The notes under the pieces were generated by a model. That model did no database searches. It worked only from the letters and a program-made list of their open reading frames with translations, and was not told the DNA's origin. From a plasmid: a stretch of DNA of 64,000 nt. Where the stretch lies: NCBI RefSeq assembly GCF_053078305.1, contig NZ_CP166875.1. One strand, given 5' to 3'. Below are positions 40,408 through 49,799 of the stretch, piece after piece; the first letter of the stretch is position 1; each line of letters opens with the position of its first letter. The position numbers were made by a program, and so were the translations under genes.

Positions 40408-41259
40408 TCAGACTCGTGGCGGCAATGCACCAGGATAATGCCGTGCAATAATATCATTCAGTTTTTCAACAAGGTCAGAACGCTTAAAGACAATGTGTAC
40501 GGTCCCTTTCTGGTAGCCACGCACCGTAAAATATTCCCCTTCTAACAGCTTACCGACATTGTCGCCGTTCCCGAGAAATTCACCGTACTGCGCCCCGATG
40601 CTGCTCCGGAAGTCAGGAACGTTGCGCCCCTCCAGCAGATAAAACGGACGTACCAGGTCATCCAGTGCCTCCCGTCCGCTGCAGTCCAGCGTCACACGCC
40701 CGTTACTCCAGCGGTACAGCAGGTTTTCAATAATGATTTTCTTACCCAGACGGCAGGGATTATTGGTTCTGTAATCCCATGACAATTTCCGGTAGACATC
40801 AATCAGTCCCTGTTCAAATGTTTGCATCTTACTGGCATTCAGATAGCGAAAAGTTGCCAGTACATTGTCCAGGGTGATTTCAGGACAGGTGTCGCTCATC
40901 AGCTGGCTGTTCCACTCATCACGCTGGCATGAACTCATGAAGGTGTACATGCCAGTATCCGTCATCAGGCGATCCCAGATTTTCCGGTCGGCAAGACGGG
41001 TGATATTCTTTTTTGCTTCTTCCGGTTTATCCATGCATCGAACGGAGTCAGTCACGCAGTCTTCAAACCCGTAGAGAAAAATGTCACCGGAAGCATCGAG
41101 CAGAATCCTGCGCGCTGTCGCCAGGCATTCCATCGCCTGCATGAACAGTGCAATACCTTCGTTACGCTGCGCGATAATGCGGTCGATGGCCACAGACGGA
41201 ATAATATCTGTCGTGCCGGCAGTATTCAGGTCAGCAGTGGGTAAAGTCTGATTCATCAC
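40408..41259 (-). CDS. hypothetical leading-region protein (283 aa)
   Basis: First minus-strand ORF downstream of hairpin element A1. Confidence 0.5.
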   Translation of the reverse strand: MMNQTLPTADLNTAGTTDIIPSVAIDRIIAQRNEGIALFMQAMECLATARRILLDASGDIFLYGFEDCVTDSVRCMDKPEEAKKNITRLADRKIWDRLMTDTGMYTFMSSCQRDEWNSQLMSDTCPEITLDNVLATFRYLNASKMQTFEQGLIDVYRKLSWDYRTNNPCRLGKKIIIENLLYRWSNGRVTLDCSGREALDDLVRPFYLLEGRNVPDFRSSIGAQYGEFLGNGDNVGKLLEGEYFTVRGYQKGTVHIVFKRSDLVEKLNDIIARHYPGALPPRV

Positions 41260-41269
41260 ATTGTCTCCT

Positions 41270-41660
41270 CATCGTCACGACTGCCGGGTCAGCCAGGTCA
41301 TTTCCCGGAGGAGCGAAGCTCCTTCTGCCGTCCGGGTCTTCGGGGATTTCCCCGCAGTGGACCTTTCCGATGGGGGCCCGTTTACCGCCTCACGGGACAG
41401 CTGTCCGGGGGCGGACGCAAAATTTTTAGCCGGGTTCATGGCTAAAAATTTTGTGGCCGGTGCATCTCACCCTGGACAGATGGAACGGGAGGGGGTTACG
41501 TCTGCCCCCTGGAAAGTCCACAGCGGGAAACAGGCCGCAGGGGTGGCGGCAGGAGGGAAGACTGCTGCGCCATCAGGCGCAGTTTCCTCACACACCGTCA
41601 GGTGTGCAGGGAGCGCAGGTCACGGCGCGACTGAAGAAAAACGACGGCACAACAATGGCA
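41270..41660 (-). promoter_or_regulatory. repeated hairpin element, family A copy 1 (Frpo/ssi-like ssDNA promoter candidate)
   Basis: Shares blocks with 44690-45070 and 60050-60420; contains perfect hairpin AAAATTTTTAGCC / GGCTAAAAATTTT. Confidence 0.4.
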
Positions 41661-41734
41661 TGTGGTGGTCACTGGCACACCACTCCCGCACAGGTGAAAA
41701 CAGAGAAAACCGCACGACATTTACAACCAAAAAA

Positions 41735-41820
41735 AAGTGAAATTTCTTCACTTTTTCACGCTTATTTTTCGCGTTGATTTGGTGATTATGATGATAAAAT
41801 AAAGTGAAATTTTTTCACTT
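41735..41820 (+). promoter_or_regulatory. two identical palindromes (AAGTGAA-N5-TTCACTT) flanking a putative promoter
   Basis: Palindromes at 41735-41753 and 41802-41820, AT-rich spacer with TTGATT; just upstream of the HTH gene. Confidence 0.4.
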
Positions 41821-41835
41821 TTTCAAAGGTGTTTT

Positions 41836-42087
41836 ATGACCGGCTGGGAACTGCGAATCTGGCGAAAAAGCATGCTCTGGTCACGCGAAAAAGCGGCCAG
41901 AGAATTTGGCGTGACGCAGAGAACATGGCACGCCTGGGAAAATGCGGAACAGGTGGATGTCACCGTCTGGAGGACCACCCAGGCACTTTCAGTCCGTGAC
42001 CTGCTGCCTCACATGCAGGGGATGCGTAAGGCAGATATCATCAGGCGTCTGGAAAATGAACTGGGGGAAACGGCAGGGAATGTGTGA
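41836..42087 (+). CDS. small HTH DNA-binding regulator (Cro/XRE-like)
   Basis: 83 aa; segment AAREFGVTQRTWHAWEN typical of an HTH; preceded by twin palindromes. Confidence 0.5.
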   Translation: MTGWELRIWRKSMLWSREKAAREFGVTQRTWHAWENAEQVDVTVWRTTQALSVRDLLPHMQGMRKADIIRRLENELGETAGNV

Positions 42088-42117
42088 GCGTGATTCACAG
42101 CCTGGCTGAATGCCAGG

Positions 42118-42324
42118 CTACTGCTCATCAGGAAACAGCTTTTTCAGTTCTTCACCGGAAAGTCCCGTGACCTCCTGAATCCGTTCCGGCGGCCAGCCTA
42201 TATCCCGCAGCCGGCAGGCTATTTCCCGCGCCACTTCAAGAACCCCTTGTTTAAAACCTTCTTTAAAACCTTCTTTAAAACCCTCGTCGAAACCTTTCTG
42301 TATAAGACGTTCTGCAATCGTCAT
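42118..42324 (-). CDS. stand-alone small protein resembling an Rpn C-terminal domain (RpnS-like)
   Basis: SD AGGAG before ATG; resembles the C-terminus of the adjacent Rpn (TIAERL..KG...TGLS.EEL.K); contains KEGF x3 tandem repeat. Confidence 0.45.
   Translation of the reverse strand: MTIAERLIQKGFDEGFKEGFKEGFKQGVLEVAREIACRLRDIGWPPERIQEVTGLSGEELKKLFPDEQ
42249..42287 (-). repeat. 12-bp tandem repeat x3 encoding (GFKE)n
   Basis: ttctttaaaacc repeated three times on the + strand. Confidence 0.8.
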
Positions 42325-42386
42325 GCTGTTTGCTCTGCTCCTGCTGGCAAAAAAGCCCGGGATTTTGCCGGGCTTTGTGGTTCTCA

Positions 42387-43301
42387 TCAGTGAGTGATTT
42401 TCTTCAGTTCGTCATCGGAAAGTCCGGTAGCCTGCTTAATCTGCTCCGGCGTCATCCCCATTTTCTGAAGCTGGCACGCAATAGCCAGGGCTTTTTCAAG
42501 CGCTCCTTCCATGCGTCCTTCCATCCTGCCTTCCTGGCGACCTTTTTGCTCAAGACGTTCTGCGATAGTCATCAGTTTATCCTCATGCTGCGGCAGACGC
42601 TCAGCCAGCGCCCGCATAAATTCCGGTGATACAGAGTCCCCTGCGTTAACGATGTAATGAATCAGAACACGCACCTGTTCATCTGAAATTTCCACCATGA
42701 CCTGCGGGAGTTTGTCCAGCAGCTCCATCATGTCACGATGGCGGATATGCTTCATCAGCAGCGTCAGTGCGGCCATCCGGCGATGGTTCATGATTTCATT
42801 GTCATCAACGACAGTGATATCAACCAGCGGAAACGGCTTTGTGTATATTTTAGCCGCAAGAGCCGGATTCTCAAAACAGCCCAGCCAGTTCATGCTGTAC
42901 GGGTACGGGCTGCGCTCACCGTGATAGAACAGCACCGGAATCACCAGTGGCAACGTTTTGTGCTGCTCCAGATGTCTCTGCATCGCCGCCACACTGTAAC
43001 GTAACATGCGAAAAGGCATGTACAGATTTTCGGTGCTCTGGTGCTCGATGAGCGTATAAACATAGCCGTCTTCACCCCCGGTGGTTTTCACGCTCCAGAG
43101 GATATCGCTGGCGTACTGATGCAGGTCCGGCTCTACAAAGGTGGCGGGTTCCAGCTTCAGCGTGGACAGGTCGCACAACTGCCGGTACTCCGCAGGAAGA
43201 TGCAGTTCCAGAAAATCTCTGGCGACGTCGGGATTCGCCAGGAACGACCGGAACGCGGCATCATGCGGCGTGGGCGTTGTGGTGTTTTTCTTCTTACTCA
43301 C
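42387..43301 (-). CDS. Rpn-family recombination-promoting nuclease (YhgA-like PD-(D/E)xK)
   Basis: 304 aa; N-terminal region typical of YhgA/Rpn proteins; C-terminal repeat domain QEGRMEGRMEG ... TGLSDDELKK. Confidence 0.65.
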   Translation of the reverse strand: MSKKKNTTTPTPHDAAFRSFLANPDVARDFLELHLPAEYRQLCDLSTLKLEPATFVEPDLHQYASDILWSVKTTGGEDGYVYTLIEHQSTENLYMPFRMLRYSVAAMQRHLEQHKTLPLVIPVLFYHGERSPYPYSMNWLGCFENPALAAKIYTKPFPLVDITVVDDNEIMNHRRMAALTLLMKHIRHRDMMELLDKLPQVMVEISDEQVRVLIHYIVNAGDSVSPEFMRALAERLPQHEDKLMTIAERLEQKGRQEGRMEGRMEGALEKALAIACQLQKMGMTPEQIKQATGLSDDELKKITH

Positions 43302-43687
43302 GGTTCCTCCATCAAATCAGCAGCATCGCAGCAATCATCGCCCAAATCCCCACAACCGAGAGGACAGCAATTGCGTTCAAAGCCATGACAACAATAGCCG
43401 CGTTCTGAGTCACGGCGTATTTCTTCAGCAATCTCTTCTGCGGAAAGGTAATCAAACTCCTCACGGGCCAGTTCCAGGACCAGTAGATGTTGTTCTGTCG
43501 GCAATGTGGCCACAAAATTATCAATAGCAGCACTCAAACGTCGCTGATATAGCTCATAAACAAGACCACAACGGGGCATTAGTTCTTCGGATAATAGTTC
43601 CAGTTTTGAGCGAATTCTGTCAGCGTTGAAAGTGACTTCATCAAAAGACATATGAAAAGCTTTGTCAGTATCAAAACAAGACTTCAT
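43298..43687 (-). CDS. hypothetical acidic protein with Cys-rich C-terminus
   Basis: SD GGAGG before ATG 43687; C-terminus CCHGFERNCCPLGCGDLGDDCCD. Confidence 0.4.
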   Translation of the reverse strand: MKSCFDTDKAFHMSFDEVTFNADRIRSKLELLSEELMPRCGLVYELYQRRLSAAIDNFVATLPTEQHLLVLELAREEFDYLSAEEIAEEIRRDSERGYCCHGFERNCCPLGCGDLGDDCCDAADLMEEP

Positions 43688-43863
43688 TGTTATCTCCAGC
43701 CCTCCCGGGCCCTGAATGAAAGAGAATCTGTTTCCCTTTTCTGTTTTTTGTGGAGACACCATGCAACACAGACGTCGTGATGTTTTTCATCTTGCTCACG
43801 GTTCCTCCTGGTAAAGTACCTGAACACATCCTGCCACCTGCACAGGCAGACGGCAGGGGTTAA

Positions 43864-44130
43864 TCAGTGACAGACCCGTTCAATTTCAAGCGCGCGGAGC
43901 AGGTGGCCCCATTCGCTGACTTTCATGGCGGGGATACGTACCCGCTTCTGCTCACTGCAGCGTCTGGCGATATGACCGCCCATCGCCAGGACGTCCGGGT
44001 TAATCTCATCCGGTGCCAGTTCCTGGCGTCTGAAGCGGGTATGGCGGTGCAGGGGTTTATTCTCCCGCAGGCACTCTTCACGCAGACGCTTTACATACTC
44101 GGCGGTTGCGAAGATAATTGATGGTCTCAT
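43864..44130 (-). CDS. hypothetical basic protein (88 aa)
   Basis: SD GGAG before ATG 44130. Confidence 0.4.
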   Translation of the reverse strand: MRPSIIFATAEYVKRLREECLRENKPLHRHTRFRRQELAPDEINPDVLAMGGHIARRCSEQKRVRIPAMKVSEWGHLLRALEIERVCH

Positions 44131-44222
44131 GGCATAATCTCCATAGTTAGTGAATGAGATGCCGGACTTCCGTACGGGGAAGCGCCGGCGGAGAGAGGCA
44201 GGGTTTATCGCCCTGCTTTTTT

Positions 44223-44657
44223 TCATTCCGGACAGCGACGCAGTGCCAGCGCGAGCGCTTTCATCTTCCAGCCTTCCGGCGTGCGGTACATCACCTTCCA
44301 GTAGCCGTCGATGAACACATAATGGAAGCGCACCTCTTCAGTGCTTTCCGTGGCGATGGCCTCCCTGAAAGAACGGTACTCACGCGCCTCACTGTCCATC
44401 CGGAAACCACTGTCACGTCCGTAATAAGCCGTCACACCGTCCACCGGGTTCTGAAGCGTATGCCCGGCGGGTTTGTCGCAACGGGGACCGAGGCAACGGA
44501 TATCACCGTGTTCAACCAGGGCTTCGGCCTGCTGACCGGTGGCATAGTGGGTATGCAGGATGCGACCGTTCCAGGTCGGCTCACCGTGCAGGTGGCAGTA
44601 AACGGTACGGAACACCCCGTCGCGGCAAAAAACGGAAATCGTGCTGCTGACTGTCAT
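44223..44657 (-). CDS. hypothetical leading-region protein (144 aa)
   Basis: SD AAGGAGA before ATG 44657; directly downstream of hairpin element A2. Confidence 0.45.
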   Translation of the reverse strand: MTVSSTISVFCRDGVFRTVYCHLHGEPTWNGRILHTHYATGQQAEALVEHGDIRCLGPRCDKPAGHTLQNPVDGVTAYYGRDSGFRMDSEAREYRSFREAIATESTEEVRFHYVFIDGYWKVMYRTPEGWKMKALALALRRCPE

Positions 44658-44689
44658 GAAAACGTCTCCTTCTGCTGAATCAGGTCGCC

Positions 44690-45070
44690 GGGCCGACCGA
44701 TTGCTCCCCCGGAGGGGCGAAAGCCCCTTCTGCCGTCCACTTCTTCGGGGTTTCTCCCCGCAGTGGACCTTTCCGATGGGGCAGCGACAGCCACGGCACG
44801 GGGCAGTTGTCCGGGGGCAGACGCAAAAGTTTTTGACGCTTGCGGCAAAAAGTTTTGTGGCTGGTACATCTCCCCCCTGGACGGCTGACACGTGTTGTGG
44901 CCGCTTCAGCCCCCGGAAAGTCCACAGCGGGAAACAGGCCGCAGGGGTGGCGGCGGAAGGGCAGACAACTGCGCCATCAGGCGCAGTTTCCTTACACACC
45001 GTCAGGTGTGCAGGGAGCGCAGGTCACGGCGCGACAGAGGCGGCGCGACCGGAACGGTCGCTGCAAGCCT
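44690..45070 (-). promoter_or_regulatory. repeated hairpin element, family A copy 2
   Basis: Same ordered blocks as copy 1; hairpin CAAAAGTTTTTG / CAAAAAGTTTTG with TTGACG in the stem. Confidence 0.4.
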
Positions 45071-45388
45071 GGTTTTTCAGACATCGGACCGTAGCGGCAG
45101 CCCGAAACCGCGCCAGCGGGTTCGGCGGAGACTGGCGGGTGCGCCAGCAGCTGCCTGTCGGAGTCGGGCCTGACGACCGGATGCCGCCAGGCAGCCGGGA
45201 GCCGAAGGTGTCCCCGCCTCCGGAAATCAGAACAACAGAAACGACATAACAGAAAAATGCCTCACACCATGACGGGCAGGAAGGGCAGCGCCGCAGGCGC
45301 GGCCCTCCTGCATTTCAGGCAGGCGTAAGCCTGCCAGGGTTTTCCGGCGGCCTGGCAGGCCATACCCCCGCCGGAGCGGGGGAGTAAA

Positions 45389-45889
45389 TCACCGACGGAA
45401 CACATGACCGTCAATAAAGGTGAAGGAGTCCAGGAATAAATCCCGCGCATACGCCTCATAGTCAAAATAGAGCGCCACCGTCTCCGGCACGTCAGCCAGC
45501 AGGCCGGTATCACTGGCGAACTCAACCGCAAAAGCCTCCTCACTGTCAGCCTCGCCCCACCAGGCATCGCGGAAGCTGTCAAAATCCGTCTCACCGGTAT
45601 CATCCACCCAGAGACGATAAGCCTCTTCGCAGCCTTCATCCCGTGCCCGGCGGAAGCCTTCAACCCAGGCCCAGTTGATATGACATTCAGAGGCCATATT
45701 CCCCGGGAATCCCTCATAATCCTGAAACATCAGTTCAGGATCGGCTTCATCCTGGTGAAGAGCACGGCAGGCGGCGAAAAAGTCGCGCTCATCATCAAAC
45801 GTGGTCAGGTCAAACCAGCGTCCGGCGATGCTTCCACAGTTGTATTTGTGCCAGGTTCCAACGTATACAGCAGGTGCAACAACAGACAT
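45389..45889 (-). CDS. ardA: antirestriction protein ArdA (DNA mimic)
   Basis: 166-aa highly acidic protein starting MSVVAPAVYVGTWHKYNCGSIAGRWFDLTTFDDE, recognised as ArdA; SD GGAGGA. Confidence 0.85.
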   Translation of the reverse strand: MSVVAPAVYVGTWHKYNCGSIAGRWFDLTTFDDERDFFAACRALHQDEADPELMFQDYEGFPGNMASECHINWAWVEGFRRARDEGCEEAYRLWVDDTGETDFDSFRDAWWGEADSEEAFAVEFASDTGLLADVPETVALYFDYEAYARDLFLDSFTFIDGHVFRR

Positions 45890-46302
45890 TCCCGAATCCT
45901 CCATAGTCACATGTTCTGCGACACCGGGCGGTGCCGTGCCTCCATCTTTGCCGGGCCTGCAGGGATGCAAGGGCGCAAGGAAAGCCGCAGCCCGACGCGC
46001 ACGGCTGACGGGAGTTGGAGGGTGAGACCGCGAAATCTGAGCGGGTGAACGACCGGAAAATCACGGCAGACGGGAAGGAGGGACCGGGTGACCGCAGCGG
46101 TTCATCTTACCTTGCAACCCGCCCGCAGAAGCCCGGCTACGATGGAGGCACGGCACAGCCCGCACACGACGCTGAGGCCACATAACTGAAAACCCACAAG
46201 GCCATGCCCCGCATGGCCGGGTAAAGCGGAGCCTGCGGCGACATCCTTTTGCTCTTTCCGGGGACCGGCTGGAAAAGGCGGAGATTTTCCCCGCCAGCGT
46301 CA

Positions 46303-47073
46303 TCATTTCCGGATTTTCGCCAGTGCATCCGCCATGCTGCGGATTTCAGTCCGGGCTTCCAGGACCACCTCCCGCAGAATATCCCGGTCAAACCAGCGAC
46401 GGGACGGTTCATCAGGTATACGCAGCACATCGCAGGCCAGCCCACTGGACAGGATATGCTCCACACACTCACTGACCAGATACATTTCCACCGACGAAAA
46501 ACGAGCGCCCCGGTTCAGGATGGCATCGAGCACCACGGGCAGGTTTTCGTCGTCTTCATCGAGCCAGCAGGGGTGATCGCTTTCCTTCACAACCAGACGA
46601 AAGCGGCGCGTCTGGCGGGTCAGCAACGTCTGACCGGTGGTAGTCAACGCCGCACGGATACGCCGCGCATCTTCTGCCACCCGGCAACTGACACTGCATA
46701 CTGCATCGCGCACCGCATCAAGAACTGCCCTGATTTCGTCTTCGGTCAGCCATTCTCCGGCATACGGGAAAGACACCTGCGTTCCGTCTGCCGGAAGTAC
46801 CGGCAGCGACTGCCACTGACTGCCGGACAGAACAAGTTCCGCCCCGGTTCCGGTCAGTTTCTGAATGGCAGAGGCCAGGAGCGGCGGCAGTACGCCGCCG
46901 TGACGGTTGATAAGTAACGTCGCCAGCCGGGGCGCATCCAGCCGCACGTAAATGCTGATCCAGCCCGGATACTTCGGGTTCCGCTGGTCAACATCCGTTT
47001 CTTCCGGCCAGCCCTGCGCCAGCAACAGGTTGCTGGCGTGGCGATAAATCAGTGCATTCAGCGTTTCATTCAT
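46303..47073 (-). CDS. hypothetical leading-region protein (256 aa)
   Basis: SD GGGAG before ATG; same strand as ardA. Confidence 0.5.
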   Translation of the reverse strand: MNETLNALIYRHASNLLLAQGWPEETDVDQRNPKYPGWISIYVRLDAPRLATLLINRHGGVLPPLLASAIQKLTGTGAELVLSGSQWQSLPVLPADGTQVSFPYAGEWLTEDEIRAVLDAVRDAVCSVSCRVAEDARRIRAALTTTGQTLLTRQTRRFRLVVKESDHPCWLDEDDENLPVVLDAILNRGARFSSVEMYLVSECVEHILSSGLACDVLRIPDEPSRRWFDRDILREVVLEARTEIRSMADALAKIRK

Positions 47074-47117
47074 AATTCATGAACTCCCTGTATCGCCGCC
47101 CGAAGGCGGCGATAACA

Positions 47118-47552
47118 TCAGTCGTTTTCGTGTGTGTTGTTTTTCAGCAGGGTGCGGGCCTGATTAACCACCTCCTGACGGCGGGTGACGCATTCCGGGA
47201 CGGCGAGGCCATGATCCCGGGCGGCCCATTCACGTTTCCACAATGCCTGCTCAGCGGTCTGAATCAGGGACGCCAGCAGTTCAGCAGGGACGGTCACCTG
47301 GCGGTTTTCGCTCACGTTATTGATGATCTCCATCACCGCAGCGGAAGAAATACCGGACTCAATCCGCTGTTCTTCCGGGATGTCCTCCAGGCGTGCCAGG
47401 ACGGTCCTGATTTCATGACCGGTCAGAGAAATTTCCATACCGTCAGCCAGTGCCTGAATCTCTTCCGGGGACCAGACAACCAGCATCAGCGGCGTGTTCT
47501 CCGTATACTGCGCTGCCAGCTCACGGCAGAGCGTTTCGCATGTTCCGTACAT
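47118..47552 (-). CDS. hypothetical leading-region protein (144 aa)
   Basis: SD AAGGAGA before ATG 47552. Confidence 0.45.
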   Translation of the reverse strand: MYGTCETLCRELAAQYTENTPLMLVVWSPEEIQALADGMEISLTGHEIRTVLARLEDIPEEQRIESGISSAAVMEIINNVSENRQVTVPAELLASLIQTAEQALWKREWAARDHGLAVPECVTRRQEVVNQARTLLKNNTHEND

Positions 47553-47565
47553 TCTCGTCTCCTTC

Positions 47566-47787
47566 TCAATCTTTAAAGCACGCATCCAGTTCCAGAATTT
47601 CGGTATATGCCTCCATCAGGAGGCGGTTTGCGCGAAACAACGTCTGACGCACCAGACGTTCCGGCAGGGTGTCAGCATTAAAGCTGTACCGCCGCTCCAT
47701 CTCATTCATGGTTGTACGCAGGTCGCACATGGCATTGGCCACATCCGCCACTTCGGCGCGAAGTTTTTCGTGTCCGGCATAGTTCAT
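47566..47787 (-). CDS. hypothetical small protein (73 aa)
   Basis: SD GGAGG before ATG; start overlaps the methyltransferase stop. Confidence 0.4.
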   Translation of the reverse strand: MNYAGHEKLRAEVADVANAMCDLRTTMNEMERRYSFNADTLPERLVRQTLFRANRLLMEAYTEILELDACFKD

Positions 47788-48471
47788 TTACGCAGCCTCC
47801 GGCATAAACCAGTCATCATTCGCGGCCCCCTGCTGCATGGCCCGTTGTACGGCGGCAAGGCGTTGCTGCCCGGCACGGTGATACTGCTCAAGCAGCTCGA
47901 TACCGATATACCGGCGTCCGGACTGGAAGGCGGCCACGCAGGTTGAGCCGCTGCCTGCAAACGGGTCCAGCACAATTGCGTTCGGGTGTGTGAAGCTCTC
48001 AATCAGCGGTTGCAGGCTGGTAACGGGCTTTTCCGTCGGGTGATGACGATTGCCTGAATATTTCCAGCCCAGCACGTCCGGCAGCGGGTTTTGTGGCAGA
48101 CGTGGACGGCCTTTTGCCAGGATGTAGGCACATTCGTGGCGATAGCCCACATATGCGGCCTTCGATGTGTAGTTTTTGGTGAAGACCAGGTGACCAACAA
48201 CGCTGAATCCCGCATTTTTCCAGGCAGACATAAAACGATCGACGCGATTCCAGCCATAGAAGCTCACCATTAACGCGTCTTTTTTGAGTACGCGGTACAT
48301 CTCATTACAGGCCGGTTGCAGCCATTCATCGGTTTTATCGCCGGCAATGGTACGCCCCTGACGGTCACGAAAACCGACGAGGTACGGCGGGTCGGTGAGG
48401 ATGAAATCAATGGCGTTATCAGGGATACGGGCCATAACATCGATGCAGTTACCGAGGACAAAACGGGACAT
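47788..48471 (-). CDS. orphan DNA methyltransferase (N6-adenine/N4-cytosine class, DPPY motif)
   Basis: Motif IV FILTDPPYL; C-terminal AdoMet-binding segment VLDPFAGSGSTCVAA; SD GAAGGAG; no adjacent restriction enzyme gene. Confidence 0.7.
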   Translation of the reverse strand: MSRFVLGNCIDVMARIPDNAIDFILTDPPYLVGFRDRQGRTIAGDKTDEWLQPACNEMYRVLKKDALMVSFYGWNRVDRFMSAWKNAGFSVVGHLVFTKNYTSKAAYVGYRHECAYILAKGRPRLPQNPLPDVLGWKYSGNRHHPTEKPVTSLQPLIESFTHPNAIVLDPFAGSGSTCVAAFQSGRRYIGIELLEQYHRAGQQRLAAVQRAMQQGAANDDWFMPEAA

Positions 48472-48485
48472 ACCAAACTCCTTCT

Positions 48486-48830
48486 CTTACAGAGGGCACC
48501 GGGAGGGCCCCCCTGTGGTGCCCGTTCCCCGCTGCCTGTGGGCTGTTCACCGCGTCCGGTAACGGGTCAGGCCGACCGTGGAATACCGCAGCCGTCGTCT
48601 TTTTGACGGCAAGGTTATGCCGCGAAAGCGGCTTGAAGGGCGTTCATCAGAAAAGGGCGACGGGCTGGCGTACACTGTCACCGGTGCCAGCCGGGAGCGG
48701 TAAAAGCGCCCGTCCCGTGCCCGGCCGGACGCGGGACACTGACCACAGGCAGCGTTTATGCCGCGCCGCGTCAGCCGGCGCAGTAAAAAGAGGAGCACGG
48801 CGACATCCTTTGTCGGAAAAGAAACGGGCG
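48486..48830 (-). promoter_or_regulatory. long imperfect-hairpin element, family B copy 1 (Frpo/ssi-like ssDNA promoter candidate)
   Basis: Near-identical to 49800-50115; distal arms complementary (CGCTGCCTGTGG ... CCACAGGCAGCG); contains TTGACGG. Confidence 0.45.
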
Positions 48831-48855
48831 GTTGCCCGCCCGTCTCCGTCATACT

Positions 48856-49782
48856 TCATCCGCCATAATGCGCCACCTTGTCGACTATCCACGCAGGTCC
48901 GGTGACTTCCGGCAGCTCATCGTCATCTGTCGGGGAAGACCATTCCAGTTCCCCCCACAGCACATCAACGAGCTCTCCGCGCTCATACAACTGCCAGCCA
49001 CAGAAATTGCAGCCCTGTTCGGCGTACCAGTGCTCCAGCGTGCAGCCGAAACGGCGGCTTAATTCTGCAACAACGTCGCTTTCCGGCTGACACCACGGCG
49101 TGTCGAAATCTACCTGAATGAAGTTTTCCCCCTGACTGCTGATATTCAGGTCATACCCACAAGGCCACTTCACGCCATACCGTTCTGTATACCAGTGATA
49201 TGCAGAAGGAACACCGTTCAGAACACCGCCGTTAAAGCCATTCACTTCAATATCCAGGCGGGTCGGCAAAACCGTCAGCAGGTCAAACGGCATGGTTTTT
49301 TCCGGCAGTACGTTGTCACACAGACGGTTCCACCACACCGATACATCCTCGTTACCCCAGATGTCACACCAGTCACCTCTTTTTGCGGTGAAATGCACAG
49401 TGATAGTTTCCCTGACATCATCCGGTAACTCTTCCCAGCGACGCTGTCCAGTACCGCTCTGCAGCCAGAGTTCATGCAGCATCAGGCAGTTTTGCTCATC
49501 CAGCAGTACACCGTTCTGCAGGTGTGTCAGCCAGCGGGTGAACGCGATATTTTCCGGTGATACAGCACCACGTCCGGCAGCCGTCACTCCGGGGCACTGC
49601 TCAGAGCGGATATTTTCAGTGATCTGCAGAAGTCCGGCACTTCCGGCCAGAAACAGCTGAATACCTTCATTTGTGGCGCGGCGATAAAACGGTGTGACTG
49701 CACCGCTGGCCAGTCGTTTAATCTCAGCAATCTGTGCCGGTTCACCAGAAAAATACATACGATTCGAGCACCAGTTTGGCAT
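48856..49782 (-). CDS. hypothetical leading-region protein (308 aa), Trp/Cys-rich
   Basis: SD GAGGAG before ATG 49782; directly downstream of element B2. Confidence 0.5.
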   Translation of the reverse strand: MPNWCSNRMYFSGEPAQIAEIKRLASGAVTPFYRRATNEGIQLFLAGSAGLLQITENIRSEQCPGVTAAGRGAVSPENIAFTRWLTHLQNGVLLDEQNCLMLHELWLQSGTGQRRWEELPDDVRETITVHFTAKRGDWCDIWGNEDVSVWWNRLCDNVLPEKTMPFDLLTVLPTRLDIEVNGFNGGVLNGVPSAYHWYTERYGVKWPCGYDLNISSQGENFIQVDFDTPWCQPESDVVAELSRRFGCTLEHWYAEQGCNFCGWQLYERGELVDVLWGELEWSSPTDDDELPEVTGPAWIVDKVAHYGG

Positions 49783-49799
49783 GGGAATTCTCCTCACAG

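Noticed and set aside
41261-41777. Plus-strand ORFs called inside hairpin element A1 (and similar ORFs at 44641-45249, 44840-45173, 60023-60619)
   Set aside because: They coincide with a conserved repeated non-coding element present at three sites; reading frames are not conserved between copies
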